DNA of 64,000 nucleotides from a bacterium (GCA_965261595.1 CBDHDG010000005.1:1055736-1119735), one strand, 5' to 3'. Positions 51,640 through 63,234 are shown, numbered from the stretch's first letter. Translations and numbers: made by a program. The notes: a model not told the origin generated them from the sequence alone.

Positions 51640-52835
51640 TTGCTTTTGGTGTAGAAGCCGTGGATGCGCTCACGCATCACCGCGCCGGTTCGGCCGGCTT
51701 CCGGAAGCTCGATCGAGGGCTCATACGACCCGTCGGTCAGATTCTCGGTGAACTCGGAGAGGTCCACGGCCTCGAAGTCGATGCGTTCCATCTCATCGAC
51801 CGTGAAGCCGCGGCAGCTGCCCCAGCCGATCCCGAGCTGGCCGCGTGTCGCTTCCTGCAGGATGCGCCCGAGCTTGGAGCCGAACACGCACCAGGAACGT
51901 TTCCAGCGGATGCACACGCCGAAGATCCGCTTCGCGCATCCCTTGCCCAGGTAATGCGTGTTCCCGGCATGGCGCTCCTCGGCCAGGAGGCGTTCCTCCT
52001 TGGTGCAGCCGGCCACGCCCACGAGCGCGCCCGAGTTCTTGCAGCAATCGGCGAGGCCTCCCCACTGGATCCGGCAGGACTGGCGATCGCCCCTGAAGAA
52101 CCGGAGGGTCTGGCGGTCGAATTCCTCTCCGCCCAGCTCGATGGCCATGTTGAGCCGGGCCGCCGAATCGACGAACCCGGTGTTGGCCCGGGACGCCGCG
52201 GTTCCGCACTCGGCGCCCACGCACCAGGAGACCGAGCCGCAATGGCCGCCGGCCCCGGCGCGCTCGAGTCCCGCCTTGCAGTCGTTCACCGATCCGGAGG
52301 CGATCCCGTCCGCGCCCCAGAGGGGGGAATGGGCGTCGCCTTGGATCCCGTCCCCGCGCCTCACCATCGGATCGTCCGCCTTGACCGGGGCGTCCGGGCG
52401 CTTGACCGTACCCTCGATCACCGCGCGGCCGGCTTGGCCCCCGGGATCGGCGGGATCGTTTATCACCCGGTTCGCGGCGTTTCTTAGTTCGCCCGCGCCC
52501 AGGCCCCTCTCTGGCAGGCTCGTTCCACCGTAGCCCGGCACATGGGCGGCGGAATCCGCATCCTTCGCGATGGCGCCCGCCGCGGCTTGTCCCGCCTGGC
52601 CGATCGCGCGGGCCGCCGCTGCCGGGTCTTCGGCCCGGGCGGGGCCGTTGACGAGGTGCGTCAGGACCACCAGGGCCAGGACGAAGGCCTTCGCGGCCAT
52701 CGTCCAGCAAGGGAAGCGTCCCCAGGCCTCGATTCGCGCCATCTGAAGCCTTGGCCGCTTCGCCTCCATGAGGGCTTCGAAGCTGCGATCGGAACCGGGT
52801 TCCGGATTTTCGTTCGTGTCGTCCTTGCGGTTCAT
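51636..52835 (-). CDS. traN: Short Cys-rich TraN
   Basis: DCCK, HYLG..C, WCVFGSKLGRILQE, CRGFT..IDF..DLSEF. Confidence 0.88.
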   Translation of the reverse strand: MNRKDDTNENPEPGSDRSFEALMEAKRPRLQMARIEAWGRFPCWTMAAKAFVLALVVLTHLVNGPARAEDPAAAARAIGQAGQAAAGAIAKDADSAAHVPGYGGTSLPERGLGAGELRNAANRVINDPADPGGQAGRAVIEGTVKRPDAPVKADDPMVRRGDGIQGDAHSPLWGADGIASGSVNDCKAGLERAGAGGHCGSVSWCVGAECGTAASRANTGFVDSAARLNMAIELGGEEFDRQTLRFFRGDRQSCRIQWGGLADCCKNSGALVGVAGCTKEERLLAEERHAGNTHYLGKGCAKRIFGVCIRWKRSWCVFGSKLGRILQEATRGQLGIGWGSCRGFTVDEMERIDFEAVDLSEFTENLTDGSYEPSIELPEAGRTGAVMRERIHGFYTKSK

Positions 52836-53545
52836 GGCAAGTTTCCTCTCAGGCTTGCGAGATGGCGGCGCGCGGCCGCGCGGCCCGGCCCTCCCTCGGC
52901 GGCGATGGCCTCGAGCGCCGCTTCCAGGCCGATGTTCCCCGCGATGCGGTCGTGGGGCGGCGCGGGATCCGCGGCGCAACCCCGGCTAGTGCAGGGCGGG
53001 ACCCCGCCCGGGACCACCGCGACGGCCGGGATCGCCTCGATGCCGAAGATCCGGAACAGACGCGGATCGATTGTTGCGCCGGACTTGCGGCCCAGGTACG
53101 GGCCGATGCGTTTCACCGTGGCCTGCAACCCGTCCGGGCCGAGCCCGCGCAGCACCAGCGGCGCGCCGATCCGCGCCGCCTCGCGGCTCCACTGCCGCCA
53201 GCTCGCCGCGGGCGCCGAGAGGCTCATGAAGACGATGACCTCGGGGCCATGGGGACGCTCGGAAAGGCCGCGGGCAACGCGGCCGGCATGACGTTCGGCC
53301 GGGAGGGGGCCGGAGGCCCCGGGGGCGTTTTTGCCCGCGCGTTCCAGCGCGCGCTCGATCACCGAGCGCGACCAGGCGTCCAGGTCCCCGTCACGGACTT
53401 TTGCCGGTTGCCGCAGGACCTGATCGACAGTATCGCGCGCCAAGTCCTTGGCTTTTCCCTGGGCCCGGGCCGGGCCGCACCAGGCCGCCATCACGAGCGC
53501 GCAGGCGAGAGCCGGGATGGTCTTACGAATCGGGTTATCGTTCAT
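52832..53545 (-). CDS. trbC: Type-F pilin assembly protein TrbC
   Basis: VFMSLS, LVLRGL, IDPRLF..FGIEAIPA, GNI..ALE. Confidence 0.9.
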   Translation of the reverse strand: MNDNPIRKTIPALACALVMAAWCGPARAQGKAKDLARDTVDQVLRQPAKVRDGDLDAWSRSVIERALERAGKNAPGASGPLPAERHAGRVARGLSERPHGPEVIVFMSLSAPAASWRQWSREAARIGAPLVLRGLGPDGLQATVKRIGPYLGRKSGATIDPRLFRIFGIEAIPAVAVVPGGVPPCTSRGCAADPAPPHDRIAGNIGLEAALEAIAAEGGPGRAAARRHLASLRGNLP

Positions 53546-53555
53546 GTCAGCCTCC

Positions 53556-54557
53556 TCAGAGCAGACAGCAGTTGCGCTTGCGCCAGAGCAGATAGCCGAA
53601 GTTCTCGCCCGCCACCGGCAGCTCGCGCAGCGCTTCCCAGATCACCGAGGACCGGCCCGTGGGGTTGCAGCCGGTGAGGGGCGACGTGGCCGGGACCGGC
53701 TGGGTCATCTGCCAGCGGTACTGGGACTTCTTCATGATGGGCATGGGATAGCGCCCGCAGAGCGCCGCCGGCCCCGACGTGCCCCAGGCGAGCAGCAGCC
53801 GGTGAAGACGGAACACGAGCCGCTGGGCCACGAGGAGCGAGGCCTGGACCCCGCCCACGTGGGCGGCCACGTTGCCGGTCAGGGGATACATCCCGCCCTG
53901 GCAGCCCGCGCACCAGAACAGGGGGTCGAGCGGCAGGCCAGCCGAGGCGGCGGCGCAATCGGCGGCGCAGGCCGCCTGGGCCGGCAGGTCCGCGAACAGC
54001 GCGGCTTCCGGGTTCAACAGGAAGGACAGCTCGTCGTCGAGCCAGGCCGGGTCGAGCTCGGAGACCCAGGCGATGTCGAGCCCCCCGCTTTCAAGGCAGC
54101 CGATGTCGAGCAGGGCCCCGATCCAGGACAGGAGCGGATAGACGTAGTCATGGACGTGCCACACAGAGCCCGAGGCGCCGTCGCCGCCCGAGGAGCCAGT
54201 ACGTCCGCGCCCCGCGGGCAGGCCCGGGTCGATGGTCATGCCCCCGAGATTGGGGAAGCACCAGGGCGCGCGGCTGACGTCGATCAGCCGCGCCGGCTCC
54301 CACAAGCCCAGGGAGAGTCCGATCCGGGGGATCGGCTTGCCGCAGAGGCAGATCGGCGATCCCGGATTGGGCGTGTCCGGCGCGCCCGTGGCGCTGCCCA
54401 TGCGGATCGGCCCGATCGAGATCGGCAAAAGACACTCCCAGCACACGTCCGTGACGGGGTTCACGAAACGCCCGGTGCAGGACTGGGCGGAAGCGGTCCC
54501 CGTGGACAGGGCTCCGGCAAGGACCAGCGCCGTGCAGACGGTCTTCAGGGATCTCAT
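53556..54557 (-). CDS. traU: TraU
   Basis: CTGRFVNPVTDVCWEC.LPISIG, WEP, FWCAGCQG, WRKRNCC. Confidence 0.95.
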   Translation of the reverse strand: MRSLKTVCTALVLAGALSTGTASAQSCTGRFVNPVTDVCWECLLPISIGPIRMGSATGAPDTPNPGSPICLCGKPIPRIGLSLGLWEPARLIDVSRAPWCFPNLGGMTIDPGLPAGRGRTGSSGGDGASGSVWHVHDYVYPLLSWIGALLDIGCLESGGLDIAWVSELDPAWLDDELSFLLNPEAALFADLPAQAACAADCAAASAGLPLDPLFWCAGCQGGMYPLTGNVAAHVGGVQASLLVAQRLVFRLHRLLLAWGTSGPAALCGRYPMPIMKKSQYRWQMTQPVPATSPLTGCNPTGRSSVIWEALRELPVAGENFGYLLWRKRNCCLL

Positions 54558-55225
54558 GGCCGCCCTCCGATGGTCGCGGGATTGGCTTCGTCGTCGAGCG
54601 GCACTTCCGTGATCCTGAGCATGGATCCCTCGGCCGCGACCAGGGACGGGGTGGCGCGGAGCCCGAAACGTTTCGCAAGCCGGCCGTTCTGGTCGAAGAA
54701 GAACGGCCGTTCGTGGGGCCGCATCAGGTCCAGCGGGCGGCCCGCCAGGAGCACGATCTTCGCGGGCCGTTCGTGGCCGAGGGCCCAGGTGACCTCGGCC
54801 GGCCGCGCGCCGTCGATGAACAGCAGATCCCGGGTCAGCGGGTACACCTCGAGGGGGTTGATCCGAGCGCCCCGGGCCGCAATCAGGGTCCCATCGTGCG
54901 CCCGGACGTCTTGCTCGACCGTGATCGAAGGATCGAACAGCCGGGTGCGACGGACGCGCGCGGGCCCGATGCCCTCGACGCGCCCGGGCGCCTCGATGCG
55001 CTCCCGGCCCCGGTCCAGGGCCTCCCGGCGCATGCGGGTGAGGTCGCCCGAGGACTCCAGCGCTTCAAGCCGGGCCTCGATCCGTTCGAGCAGGTCGGGC
55101 TCGGCGATGGGCCACACCGCGCCGCGCACGCCAAGGTCCTTCGCGGGTACGGGCCGCGCCGCGAGCATCAGCACGCAGGCAATCGCGATGAGCCGAAGAC
55201 GGGACAGGAGAACACGCCGCGTCAT
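54554..55225 (-). CDS. traW: TraW
   Basis: KDLG..GAVWPIAEPD, FDPSI, INPL, FFDQNG. Confidence 0.93.
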   Translation of the reverse strand: MTRRVLLSRLRLIAIACVLMLAARPVPAKDLGVRGAVWPIAEPDLLERIEARLEALESSGDLTRMRREALDRGRERIEAPGRVEGIGPARVRRTRLFDPSITVEQDVRAHDGTLIAARGARINPLEVYPLTRDLLFIDGARPAEVTWALGHERPAKIVLLAGRPLDLMRPHERPFFFDQNGRLAKRFGLRATPSLVAAEGSMLRITEVPLDDEANPATIGGRP

Positions 55226-55797
55226 GGCCGCGCCTCCTCGGGTTTGGCGAGCGGTCCCTTGAGCCCGAGCCAGGGGACGTCGGGCAGGGCCCAGGCCCGG
55301 CCCCGGATGCGTTCTTGCGGGATGAGCCCGATCTCCGAATAGCGGCTGTCGTGGCTGTCCACGTGATCGGCGTGGACGTAGTAGCGGCCCGGCGGGATCA
55401 CGCCCGGCCCGATCGCCTCGAGCCTGCGCCCATCAAGCGCATGCGTCTTGGCAACGCCGAGGACCGCGCCGTTCACCGAGACCCGGCGCTCCCTGTCCAC
55501 CTCCACCCGGTCTCTGGGCAGGCCGCGCACGGTCTTGAGGTAGGGGATCCCCGAGCCGGCCTCCTCGGGTGGGTCGAACAGGACCGCGTCGCCCCGTTGG
55601 AACTCTCCCACGAGGGGCAGCACGAAATACCCCCAGGCTCCGTCGGACCAGCTCGCGTTGACGTAGACGCGCGAGACCGCGACGAGCCACAGGGCGGCCA
55701 GCATGGCCATCCAGAGCAGGATCTTGCGGCCCCGTCCGGTTCGTTCAGGCGCACGCCGTCCGGGCGCACGCGGCAAGGCGTGCAGGGTCTCTCTCAT
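55222..55797 (-). CDS. S26 signal peptidase / pilin maturation protease (TrhF-like)
   Basis: NASWS, YLKTV.GLPRD, SHDSRY..IG. Confidence 0.85.
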   Translation of the reverse strand: MRETLHALPRAPGRRAPERTGRGRKILLWMAMLAALWLVAVSRVYVNASWSDGAWGYFVLPLVGEFQRGDAVLFDPPEEAGSGIPYLKTVRGLPRDRVEVDRERRVSVNGAVLGVAKTHALDGRRLEAIGPGVIPPGRYYVHADHVDSHDSRYSEIGLIPQERIRGRAWALPDVPWLGLKGPLAKPEEARP

Positions 55798-56174
55798 CGT
55801 TCGTCCTCCGTGTTCGTCGGGGGATGGGTTTTGGACAGGGCCGTCTGGATCGCCGCCTTTATCTCGGCGGTGAGGTCCGGCGCGCCGGCGGCGACCGCCC
55901 TTGCGGGCAGCAGCACCGCGCGGTGGCGGGCTGCCGTCCGGACGAGCGCCTCCTCCAACCGGCGCGCCCAGCCGCGCACGGCTTTTACGGCCTCCTCTTG
56001 GTCGCCGTGCTCCCGGGCGGCCTTGGCCATGTAGTCTGCCGTGAGCTCGGCAAGCCGCACGCTCGCGATGCGCGGGACCCTCTCCAGGGCCATGCGCGCC
56101 GTGACGGCCGAGACCGCCGCGGCCACCCCGGCACTCAGCACAAGCGCGGCGGCCAACGCCGTGGGCCCGCTCAT
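55794..56174 (-). CDS. trbI: TrbI (F-type)
   Basis: N-terminal TM segment, AVAAGAPDLT motif, operon position. Confidence 0.75.
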   Translation of the reverse strand: MSGPTALAAALVLSAGVAAAVSAVTARMALERVPRIASVRLAELTADYMAKAAREHGDQEEAVKAVRGWARRLEEALVRTAARHRAVLLPARAVAAGAPDLTAEIKAAIQTALSKTHPPTNTEDER

Positions 56175-56903
56175 GACGCAGCCCGTTCCGGCGCCGTCTG
56201 TTCGCGCGTGACATGAAGCTCCTCCGGTGGGGTGGGGTCGTGCGTGCCACGGGACTCCCTCTGGGCGGACGCGATGGGGCCCCGTCCCGCGCCCTCCTGC
56301 CCTTTCAGGGCCCGGAAGCGGTCCAGCCAGAGCCTGGCCGCCCGATCGGGAACCACGGTCCGGATGCGGCGCTTAAGGGGCGGGAAGGCGACCGCGGAAG
56401 CCGCGCCGTCGCGCGCGCCCGGCAGGTCCCGGTCCTCCGCGGCCTCGGCCATGCGGGCCACGAAACGCAGCAGTTCCGCCTGCTCCGGGGAGGGCTCCGC
56501 ATCGAGCCCGGCCGACTCGCGCACGGCCCGGTCGATGGTCCCGCCGAGCCGCTTCAGCCGCTCCGCCCCGCGCTGGGAGGAAGCGGCCTTTGTTCCCAGC
56601 CACGCGACGCTCGCGTCCGCCAGAAGGCGTAGAGGGCCGCCTCCCGGCGGTCCCCGGATCCTTCAAGGCCTCGATCTCCTCGCTCATCAGCACCGCGTGG
56701 GCCGCCAGCGAGTGGAACCGCCTGAGCCGGCCGCCCCTGCGGCAGGTGTTGGCCAGCACGTGGGCCAGGGCCTCGAAGTCGACGGCGTCCGGGGTCAGCC
56801 CCTCCGGATCTTCCGGCCAGGCGAGGGGCCGATCCCCGGATCGGGGCTTCTCCGCCCGTGTCGCAGCACTCGATGGCGCCCGCCTGTTCCTGTCCTTGCT
56901 CAT
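56171..56903 (-). pseudogene. Degenerate HD-domain (YfbR/YfdR-like) protein, frameshifted near 56620-56660
   Basis: DFEALAHVLANTCRRGG..FHSLAAHAV and LADASVAWLG (HD replaced by AD). Confidence 0.6.
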
Positions 56904-56936
56904 GTGCGTCTCCTTCTGTTTAAGCTATGGAGGCCG

Positions 56937-59469
56937 TCACGGCGCGCTGCCCGCAGGGCCGGCTGTCGTGGCCTCCGGACCGTCGCCGTCGGCGATGCGG
57001 TCGATGGCCTGCTCGGTGGTGAGGCCTTCGGCCTTCAGCCGCTCGACCGCGGCGAAGGCCGGCCCGCGCGATGAATAGAGAGCTACCGACCAGGGGTCCA
57101 GGGCGAGCCGCGCCACGCGCCAGCCGTCCGGACCGTGCAGCACCAGCTCGGCATGGCGCCCGTCCACGGTGGCCAGGCTCTTGAGGGCCCGCTCCATGCC
57201 GGGATCGCAGTGGATGCGCTTTTCCTGTTTGAGGAGCTCGACGGACTCGTCCTTCTGGGCCAGGAAGATGGTCCAGTCGGCGTTGTCCCAGGCCGCCCGG
57301 CCGCGGGGTTGGCGTAGTAGTCGTTGACGCTCTGGGTGCCGGTGACGAGCGCGCCCCGGTACTTGCGCGCCCGCCTGGCCGCGCCCTCGAGGAAGGCCCG
57401 GCTGTCCTCGCCCGACAGGAGGTCCCAGGCCTCGTCGATGACGATCGCCTTGGGCCGGGTTCTGGGGCCGTGATACATGCGCTGGGTGGCGAGGAAGACC
57501 ACCAGCATCAGCACCACGCCCTGGACGTCGCCCCGGCCCTTGAGCTCGGCGAGCTCGAACACGGTGAGCGCGGCGTCCAGGCCGGGGTCTCCGATCCCTC
57601 GAAGAGCCGCCCGAGCGCGCCGCCCGGCCGCCACGGTCCGAGGGCGAGAGCCATGTCCGATGCCCGCCGGTCGCCCGCCGCCTCCAGCCGGCGCTGCACG
57701 GTCCCGAGGTCGGCGCCGTTGCCGGCCTCCTCCCAGGCGCGCGCGATGGCCTCGTCGATGAGCGCCGCCTCGATGTCGTCGATGCGCCCGCGCCTTCGGC
57801 ACATGCGCCCGACCACGGCGGCCAGCATGGCAAAGCACTCCTCCCGGTAGTCCCCGTCCCGGGCCGCCACGTCCGCGTCGATCATGGCGAAGGGGTTGAG
57901 TCTCGCCGGGTCCTTGCCGAAGGCGATGAAGACGCCGCCGAGGGCCTCGGCCGTGTGCTGGAAGGAACGCCCGTCATCGATCACCACGGCCTCGCCGCCC
58001 GCGCCCGCGATGCCCGCGACCAGCTCCTGCATCAGGACCGACTTGCCCGACCCGGACTTGCCGGTCACGGCCACGTTGTAGTTGCCGGCCTCGTTGGCGA
58101 AGGGGACCAGCACGCGGGCTGGCCCCGCCTTCCGATCAGGAGCAGGGCCGGCGGCGCGTCGGGCGACGCTCCCTGGCCGCGCCACTCGCCGTGCACCGGC
58201 GCGAGATTGACGGCCGAGGAGGTGAGCAGGGTCTTCATCCGGCCCATACGGGCGAGGTCGGCGTCGAGCCCGCCCGCCGGAACCATGGGCAGACAGGCGA
58301 GCCAGGCCGGCAGGTGGGCGTAGCGCTCCGCGCCCAGGCGCCAGCCCTGGCCGTGATAGATGGCCCGCACCGCCTGCTCGGCCTCGTCGATGGCGTCCAG
58401 GGGCGCGTAGACCGCGATCGTGTAGCAGGCCTTGACCAGCCGCTCGCCGTTCTTCAGCCGCTCGGTGACGAAGCGCCAGTCCCGGGCCTTCTCGGGCAGG
58501 CCCGGCAAATAGCGCGCGATCCCCGTGCCCGCCTGCTGCGTGGCCCGGGCCGACTTGAGGAAGGCGCGCTCGCCGGCGGCCGCGTCGCCCATCGTCACGG
58601 TGAGGGCGGTCAGGACCGGGGCGCCCGGCTGCAGGAAGTCCCGGTGGAAGTCTCCGATCAGCGCGTTGCCGCGCCAGCCGGGCCAGACGTCGGGGAAGGC
58701 CCGGGCCGAGAGCACGCGCACCGCCACGTCCGTCCCGTCCGGGTGAAGGAAGACCAGGCCCGTGGGCGCAACGGTCAGGGCCCGGCCCGGCGCCGCGCAC
58801 TGAAGATGAATGGGGTCTCTGGGCGACCAGCGCCTTTGCGGCCTGTCGAGCCCGCCGTCATGCTCTCCCGCCAGGTCGGGGGCCGTGATCTCCGCGGCGA
58901 GGGACAGCAGAACGTCCGGCTCGACCCGCCGCGCCTCGGCGCCGGCCGAGGCGAGCGTGCCTTCCAAGGCCCGCCGGAACCCCCGAGGGCGGTCTCGGCC
59001 GCCGGTCCGGCCGGGCCCGCCAGGCAGGCCGCGAGGAACACCCGGCAGTCGTTCAGCGTGAACGGCGGTCCGCTCGCATGGAGGGGGCGCCATCCGGCAT
59101 GGGCAAACAGGGCCCTGCGCCGCGCCGCCATCCCCGCCTGTACCCCGCCCGTCAGGCGCCGGGGTTCGGCCCAGCTCCGGATCGCCGCCCCGTAGCGCGG
59201 GCTCGTCCAATGGATGATCTGCACCACCGCGCGCTCGGGCGCGGCGTCGGCGAGCGTGCCGGCCAGCGCGCCCAGGGTCTCCTCGTCGATGCCCACGAAG
59301 GGCGGCAGCTCCAGCAGGAAGCCGCAGCTCGCGGCGTTGATATAGAGCTCGCTCCCTTCGTCCCAGGCCGCCAGGGCAAGAGGCCGGCGAGGGGCGCCGG
59401 CAGGGCCGGAAGGATCCAGGGCTGAAGCGCGTCCGGTCCCCTGAGCAGGTCCTTGAGGCGCTCGATCAC
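56937..59469 (-). pseudogene. traC: VirB4-like ATPase TraC with about five frameshifts
   Basis: NYNVAVTGKSGSGKS, VIDDGRSF, IDEAWDLL, RARKY; frame changes near 59365, 58982, 58100, 57590 and 57300. Confidence 0.9.
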
Positions 59470-60030
59470 GGCAGCCTCCAGCGCGCCGGCTCCAGCACCG
59501 CGCGCACCCAGTGGGCCTCGCGGTAGACCCCGTCGGCGTCCACGAAGGGCGCGATCCAGATCCGCGCGATGCTCTCTTTCGTGCGCAGGCGGTCATTGGC
59601 CTCATCCGGGATCCTTCGTCCGGCGAAACGGGTTCCGGTTCGGCAGGGGCCGCGGCGGTAGGAGGACGCCCTGTCTCCGTGGACTTCTCTGCGGTGCCGT
59701 CTCGGTCCCCGACGGTCCGGAACCACTTCGCGAGCCAGGCGAGCGGATCGCAGCCTTCGGCGCAGGATGTGCCGGTCCTTTGGCATTACCGGTCTTGGAT
59801 TGGTAGAGGGGTGTCCGGATCGCGAGCCCTTGCGCCTTGCCGGGGGCCGCGACCGCCGGATCGGCCTCCGCGACGCTCGTGCAGGCCGCGCCTTGGGCCA
59901 GGGGGCATTGCCAGGCGTCGCCCACGTGGGTCGCCGCGCAGCCGCCCAGGACCAGCGCCGCCGCGAGGATCGCGGGGATCACCGCCCGGCTTTGTCCGAT
60001 TCGTGGATGAATCGTCGATTGCGCTCTCAT
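59466..60030 (-). pseudogene. traV: Lipoprotein TraV, frameshifted
   Basis: Lipobox LGGC, WQCP...C; C-terminal LRTKESIARIWIAPFVDADG in another frame. Confidence 0.85.
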
Positions 60031-61279
60031 TGGCCTCCTCTCTTCCTGTCCTTGCGCCCGTCGAGCCAGGCGCCCTCGATGAACACCACCGTCACCCGCG
60101 TTCCCGTCTGGAGCTGGATCACCGGCTGGTACTGCTCGGCCCGGCGGATCAGGTAGTCGGCCACCCTGCGGCCGGCCGAGCCCGCGCCCGCGCCAAGACC
60201 GGCCCGGCCGAGCTCGGCTAGGCTCGATACGTTCAAGGCTCCGTCCGAGGTTGTCCTGGCCGGGGCCTGAAGCAGGTTGGCGGCCGTTTCGCCCACGCCC
60301 GAGATGAGGCCCGCGAGGAACGCCTTCTCGATCAGGGCCCCCTCGCGGCTCACCACCGGGCCCCGAACGCCCACCTTGCCGCTCCCGGCCACGAAGCCCG
60401 CGACCTGCGTCTCGGTCACGGTTTCCGGATCCGGCCCGGCGCACGTCAGGGTCCGCAGCCGGACGTAGACCTTCTCCGAGGAGAGGTCCCCGTAGCCGGC
60501 GCCGGTCAGGGTGCACCCCGCCACGTCCACTTCGAGCGCTTCGCCGCCCTCGGCCGCGCTCCGGGCCGGACCGGTCAGCCGCAGGAGCACCGGGCGCGGC
60601 TCGCCCTGGGAGGCGACGCCCGCCGAGGCGTCCGCGCCGGCCAGCACCACGGCGTCCGCATAGGACCCCGCCGCAGCCAGGACCCCAGCGAAACGGGGTC
60701 CCGGATCAGCGGCGTTCTTGTCCCCCGCCGGATCCGCATCATTCTCGAACTCCTGGATCATCGGTACGGCCGGTGCGGCATCCGAGGCCGCGGGGCTCTC
60801 TTGCCGGGAGCAGGTTGGCTCGAAACCGCACGGGTAAAACCGTCCGTGCCCGGGGCGGTCCGGTCCTCCGGACCCGGTCCTGCCGTCCGGGCTTCGAGCC
60901 GGCCGCGCAGTTCCTCGATGGCCGCCGCCTGTTGGTCGATCACCGCCCGGCCGTCCTCGGCGCCGCGCGCGAGGCGCTCTCTGAGCTTGGCGTTCTCCTG
61001 CCCGGCCCGCCGGCTTCGCGTCTCCATGTCCCGGAGCCGCGTCTCCAGTTCGCCGATCCGCGCCTCCGAGCGGCGCACCCAGCTCACCTCCGCCGTCTCC
61101 GGACCGGCCAGCTTCGCCTCGATCCCGGTCGGCGGGGGCGAGCCTCCGCCTCCGCCCGCCGAGAACCACACCGCGAACACGATCAGCAATGCCGCGGCCA
61201 CGCCCGAGAAGAGCAGCACCTGTTGCTGACGGGTGCGCCGGGCCTCCGGATCCATGGGGACCTTGTCCGGGCCGCTCAT
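60027..61279 (-). pseudogene. traB: TraB (VirB10-like), frameshifted near 60800
   Basis: GADA, PVLLR, GDLSSEKVYVR, GVRGPVVSR, YLIRRAEQYQPVI; N-terminal TM / coiled coil in the 60758-61279 frame. Confidence 0.9.
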
Positions 61280-62032
61280 GGCGCCGCCTCCGTGGAACGG
61301 GTCCGGAAGGCGTCATGTACGGCCACGACGAGCCGCCCGCCCGATGGGCCGGTCCCCGGCGCCGCCAGCCAGATCGCGGCCGCGCCCGGCGCGAGACGGC
61401 CCGCCAGGGCCTCGGCGCCGGCTCCCGCGCCGGGGCCCGCTTCCAGCACGCGGGCGGTGAACCGGGGCCCCCGCCAGATCTCGATGACTGAAAGACCTTC
61501 CTTGTAGAACGTTCCTGAAGGCGTCTCGATCGCGTAGCCCGGCAGGGTCTCGCGCCGCGCCACCGCCCGGACCAGCGCCACCAGCGCGCCCACGCGCCGA
61601 TCGCCCGGCCCTTGGACGTCCGTTTTGGTCAGTGCGGCCGCGTTGCGGATCAGGATCTGGGCCGAGCCGCGCGAGGCCACCGTCAACGCCAGCCGGTAGG
61701 TGAAGCCCGCGACGGTCCCGATGAAGAGCGTCACCGGCTCCCGGGGGGCGCCACGGGCAACGCGGACGCCGGTGAGGCCCGCGGGTCGCAGGTAAATGTC
61801 GCCGCGCGCAGGGTCGTGCTCGACCTGGAAGCCGTCCGGTCCGCGGATCACCCGCGCGAATCCGGTCGTTCGCCAGGGCGATGCGGCTCACCGCACGGTC
61901 CGAGACCTCCGCTTCCAGCTCCGCGTGGTCCACGGCATCCAGGATCTGCATGGCCGAGGCCGGCATGCAGTGGAAAAGCGTTCCCAAAAGAAGCGCCGCC
62001 ACGGACACCCGGATTCTCGTCGCATGTTTCAT
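61276..62032 (-). pseudogene. traK: TraK secretin-like protein, frameshifted near 61855
   Basis: Signal peptide, VSRIALANDRI / HDPARGDIYLRP..PVTLFIGT..GFTY. Confidence 0.85.
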
Positions 62033-62585
62033 TCTCGGTCCTCCAGTTCTTCGAAACGCACCAGGCCGATCCGGCCGGCATCCACGCGGAAGGCCAGCCG
62101 GTACCGCTTGCGCTCGCGCGAGACCGGCTCACGCCCGATCCAGGTCGCGAGCTCTCCGGTCACCAGGACCGTCAACCTCTCCGCGTCCGCCTCGATGCGC
62201 TCGGGATAGAAGGCGGTCGCAAGGTCCCGCCGCGCCATGCGACCGGCCTCGGCCGCGACCCAACCCCGATCGCGCCCCGGGCCGAGGCGTGGCTCAGCCG
62301 CGCCGCCGCCTCCCGCACGTGCGCCGCGTTCTCAGGCGTCAGCGTCAGCAGCGTCACCGCCACGGTCCGTCCCATGTCCTCCAGGTAGCGAAGCCCGGCC
62401 CGGCTGCTCCCGACCTCCCAGGCAGGCCCCGTGACCGCCGGGATCAGCACCGCCATGCGATCCACCGAGGCCAGACCGACGCTCAGGCCCAGATTGGCCA
62501 GGAGCGAGAGGCCCAGGAGCCCGGCCAGGGCCGCACGCCCGTCGCGCACCCGCCGCCGCTCCGCTTCCATGACGTCCCGTCTCAT
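62029..62585 (-). pseudogene. traE: TraE, frameshifted near 62260
   Basis: TM segment, YLEDM, LTLTPEN, FYP, G.LATWIG. Confidence 0.85.
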
Positions 62586-62595
62586 CCAGGCCCCC

Positions 62596-62889
62596 TCATC
62601 CGATGAAGCGGCGCACATGACTCGGGGGCGCGCCCTTGAGGCCCAGGGTGAAGCCGGGCAGGTACCAGTAGAGCGCGCAGATCGCCACATCCGCGCCGCC
62701 GCCCCGCTTGGCCCGGCGCAGCAAGGCCCAGGCACCGAGCCCGGCCACCAGCCCGGTCACGAAGGCGTTGGCGGCCAGCCCCAGGACCGCAGGCCCCAGG
62801 AGCGCCGCCGCCTCGTCCAGGGTCCAGAACAGCCAGCGCTCGGGATCGTCCAGACGCGAGGGGATCGCGTGCCGGGCCGGATCGCTCAT
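62596..62889 (-). CDS. traL: TraL
   Basis: IPSRLDDPERWLFWTLDE, YWYLP, PPSHVRRFIG. Confidence 0.92.
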   Translation of the reverse strand: MSDPARHAIPSRLDDPERWLFWTLDEAAALLGPAVLGLAANAFVTGLVAGLGAWALLRRAKRGGGADVAICALYWYLPGFTLGLKGAPPSHVRRFIG

Positions 62890-62901
62890 CGTCCGCCCCC
62901 C

Positions 62902-63234
62902 TCATACGATCGCCGTGCCGACAAGGCCGGTGACGATGCCCGTGCCGGCCCCGGCCGCGATGCCCACGCCGACCGCGCCCATCAACTGCGTGGCGTTGAA
63001 GCGCAGCACCGAGCCGACCAGCGCGGCGCCCACCGCCAGCGCGGCCGCGAGCTGCCCGCCCGTGCCCGAGACGATGTCGGTCACCGTGCCGAGCGGACTC
63101 GAGAAGGTCGTGTCCGTCGAGGCCCAGGCCGTCTCCAGGCTAACCAGCGTCAACACGAGCGCCGGAGCCGCAACCCGATGCGCGCTGCCCACGACGGCTT
63201 TGAGGGCGTTCCTGGTAAAGGAAGGTGTTCTCAT
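62902..63234 (-). CDS. traA: Conjugative pilin precursor
   Basis: Leader peptide plus two Gly/Ala-rich hydrophobic helices, directly upstream of traL. Confidence 0.8.
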   Translation of the reverse strand: MRTPSFTRNALKAVVGSAHRVAAPALVLTLVSLETAWASTDTTFSSPLGTVTDIVSGTGGQLAAALAVGAALVGSVLRFNATQLMGAVGVGIAAGAGTGIVTGLVGTAIV

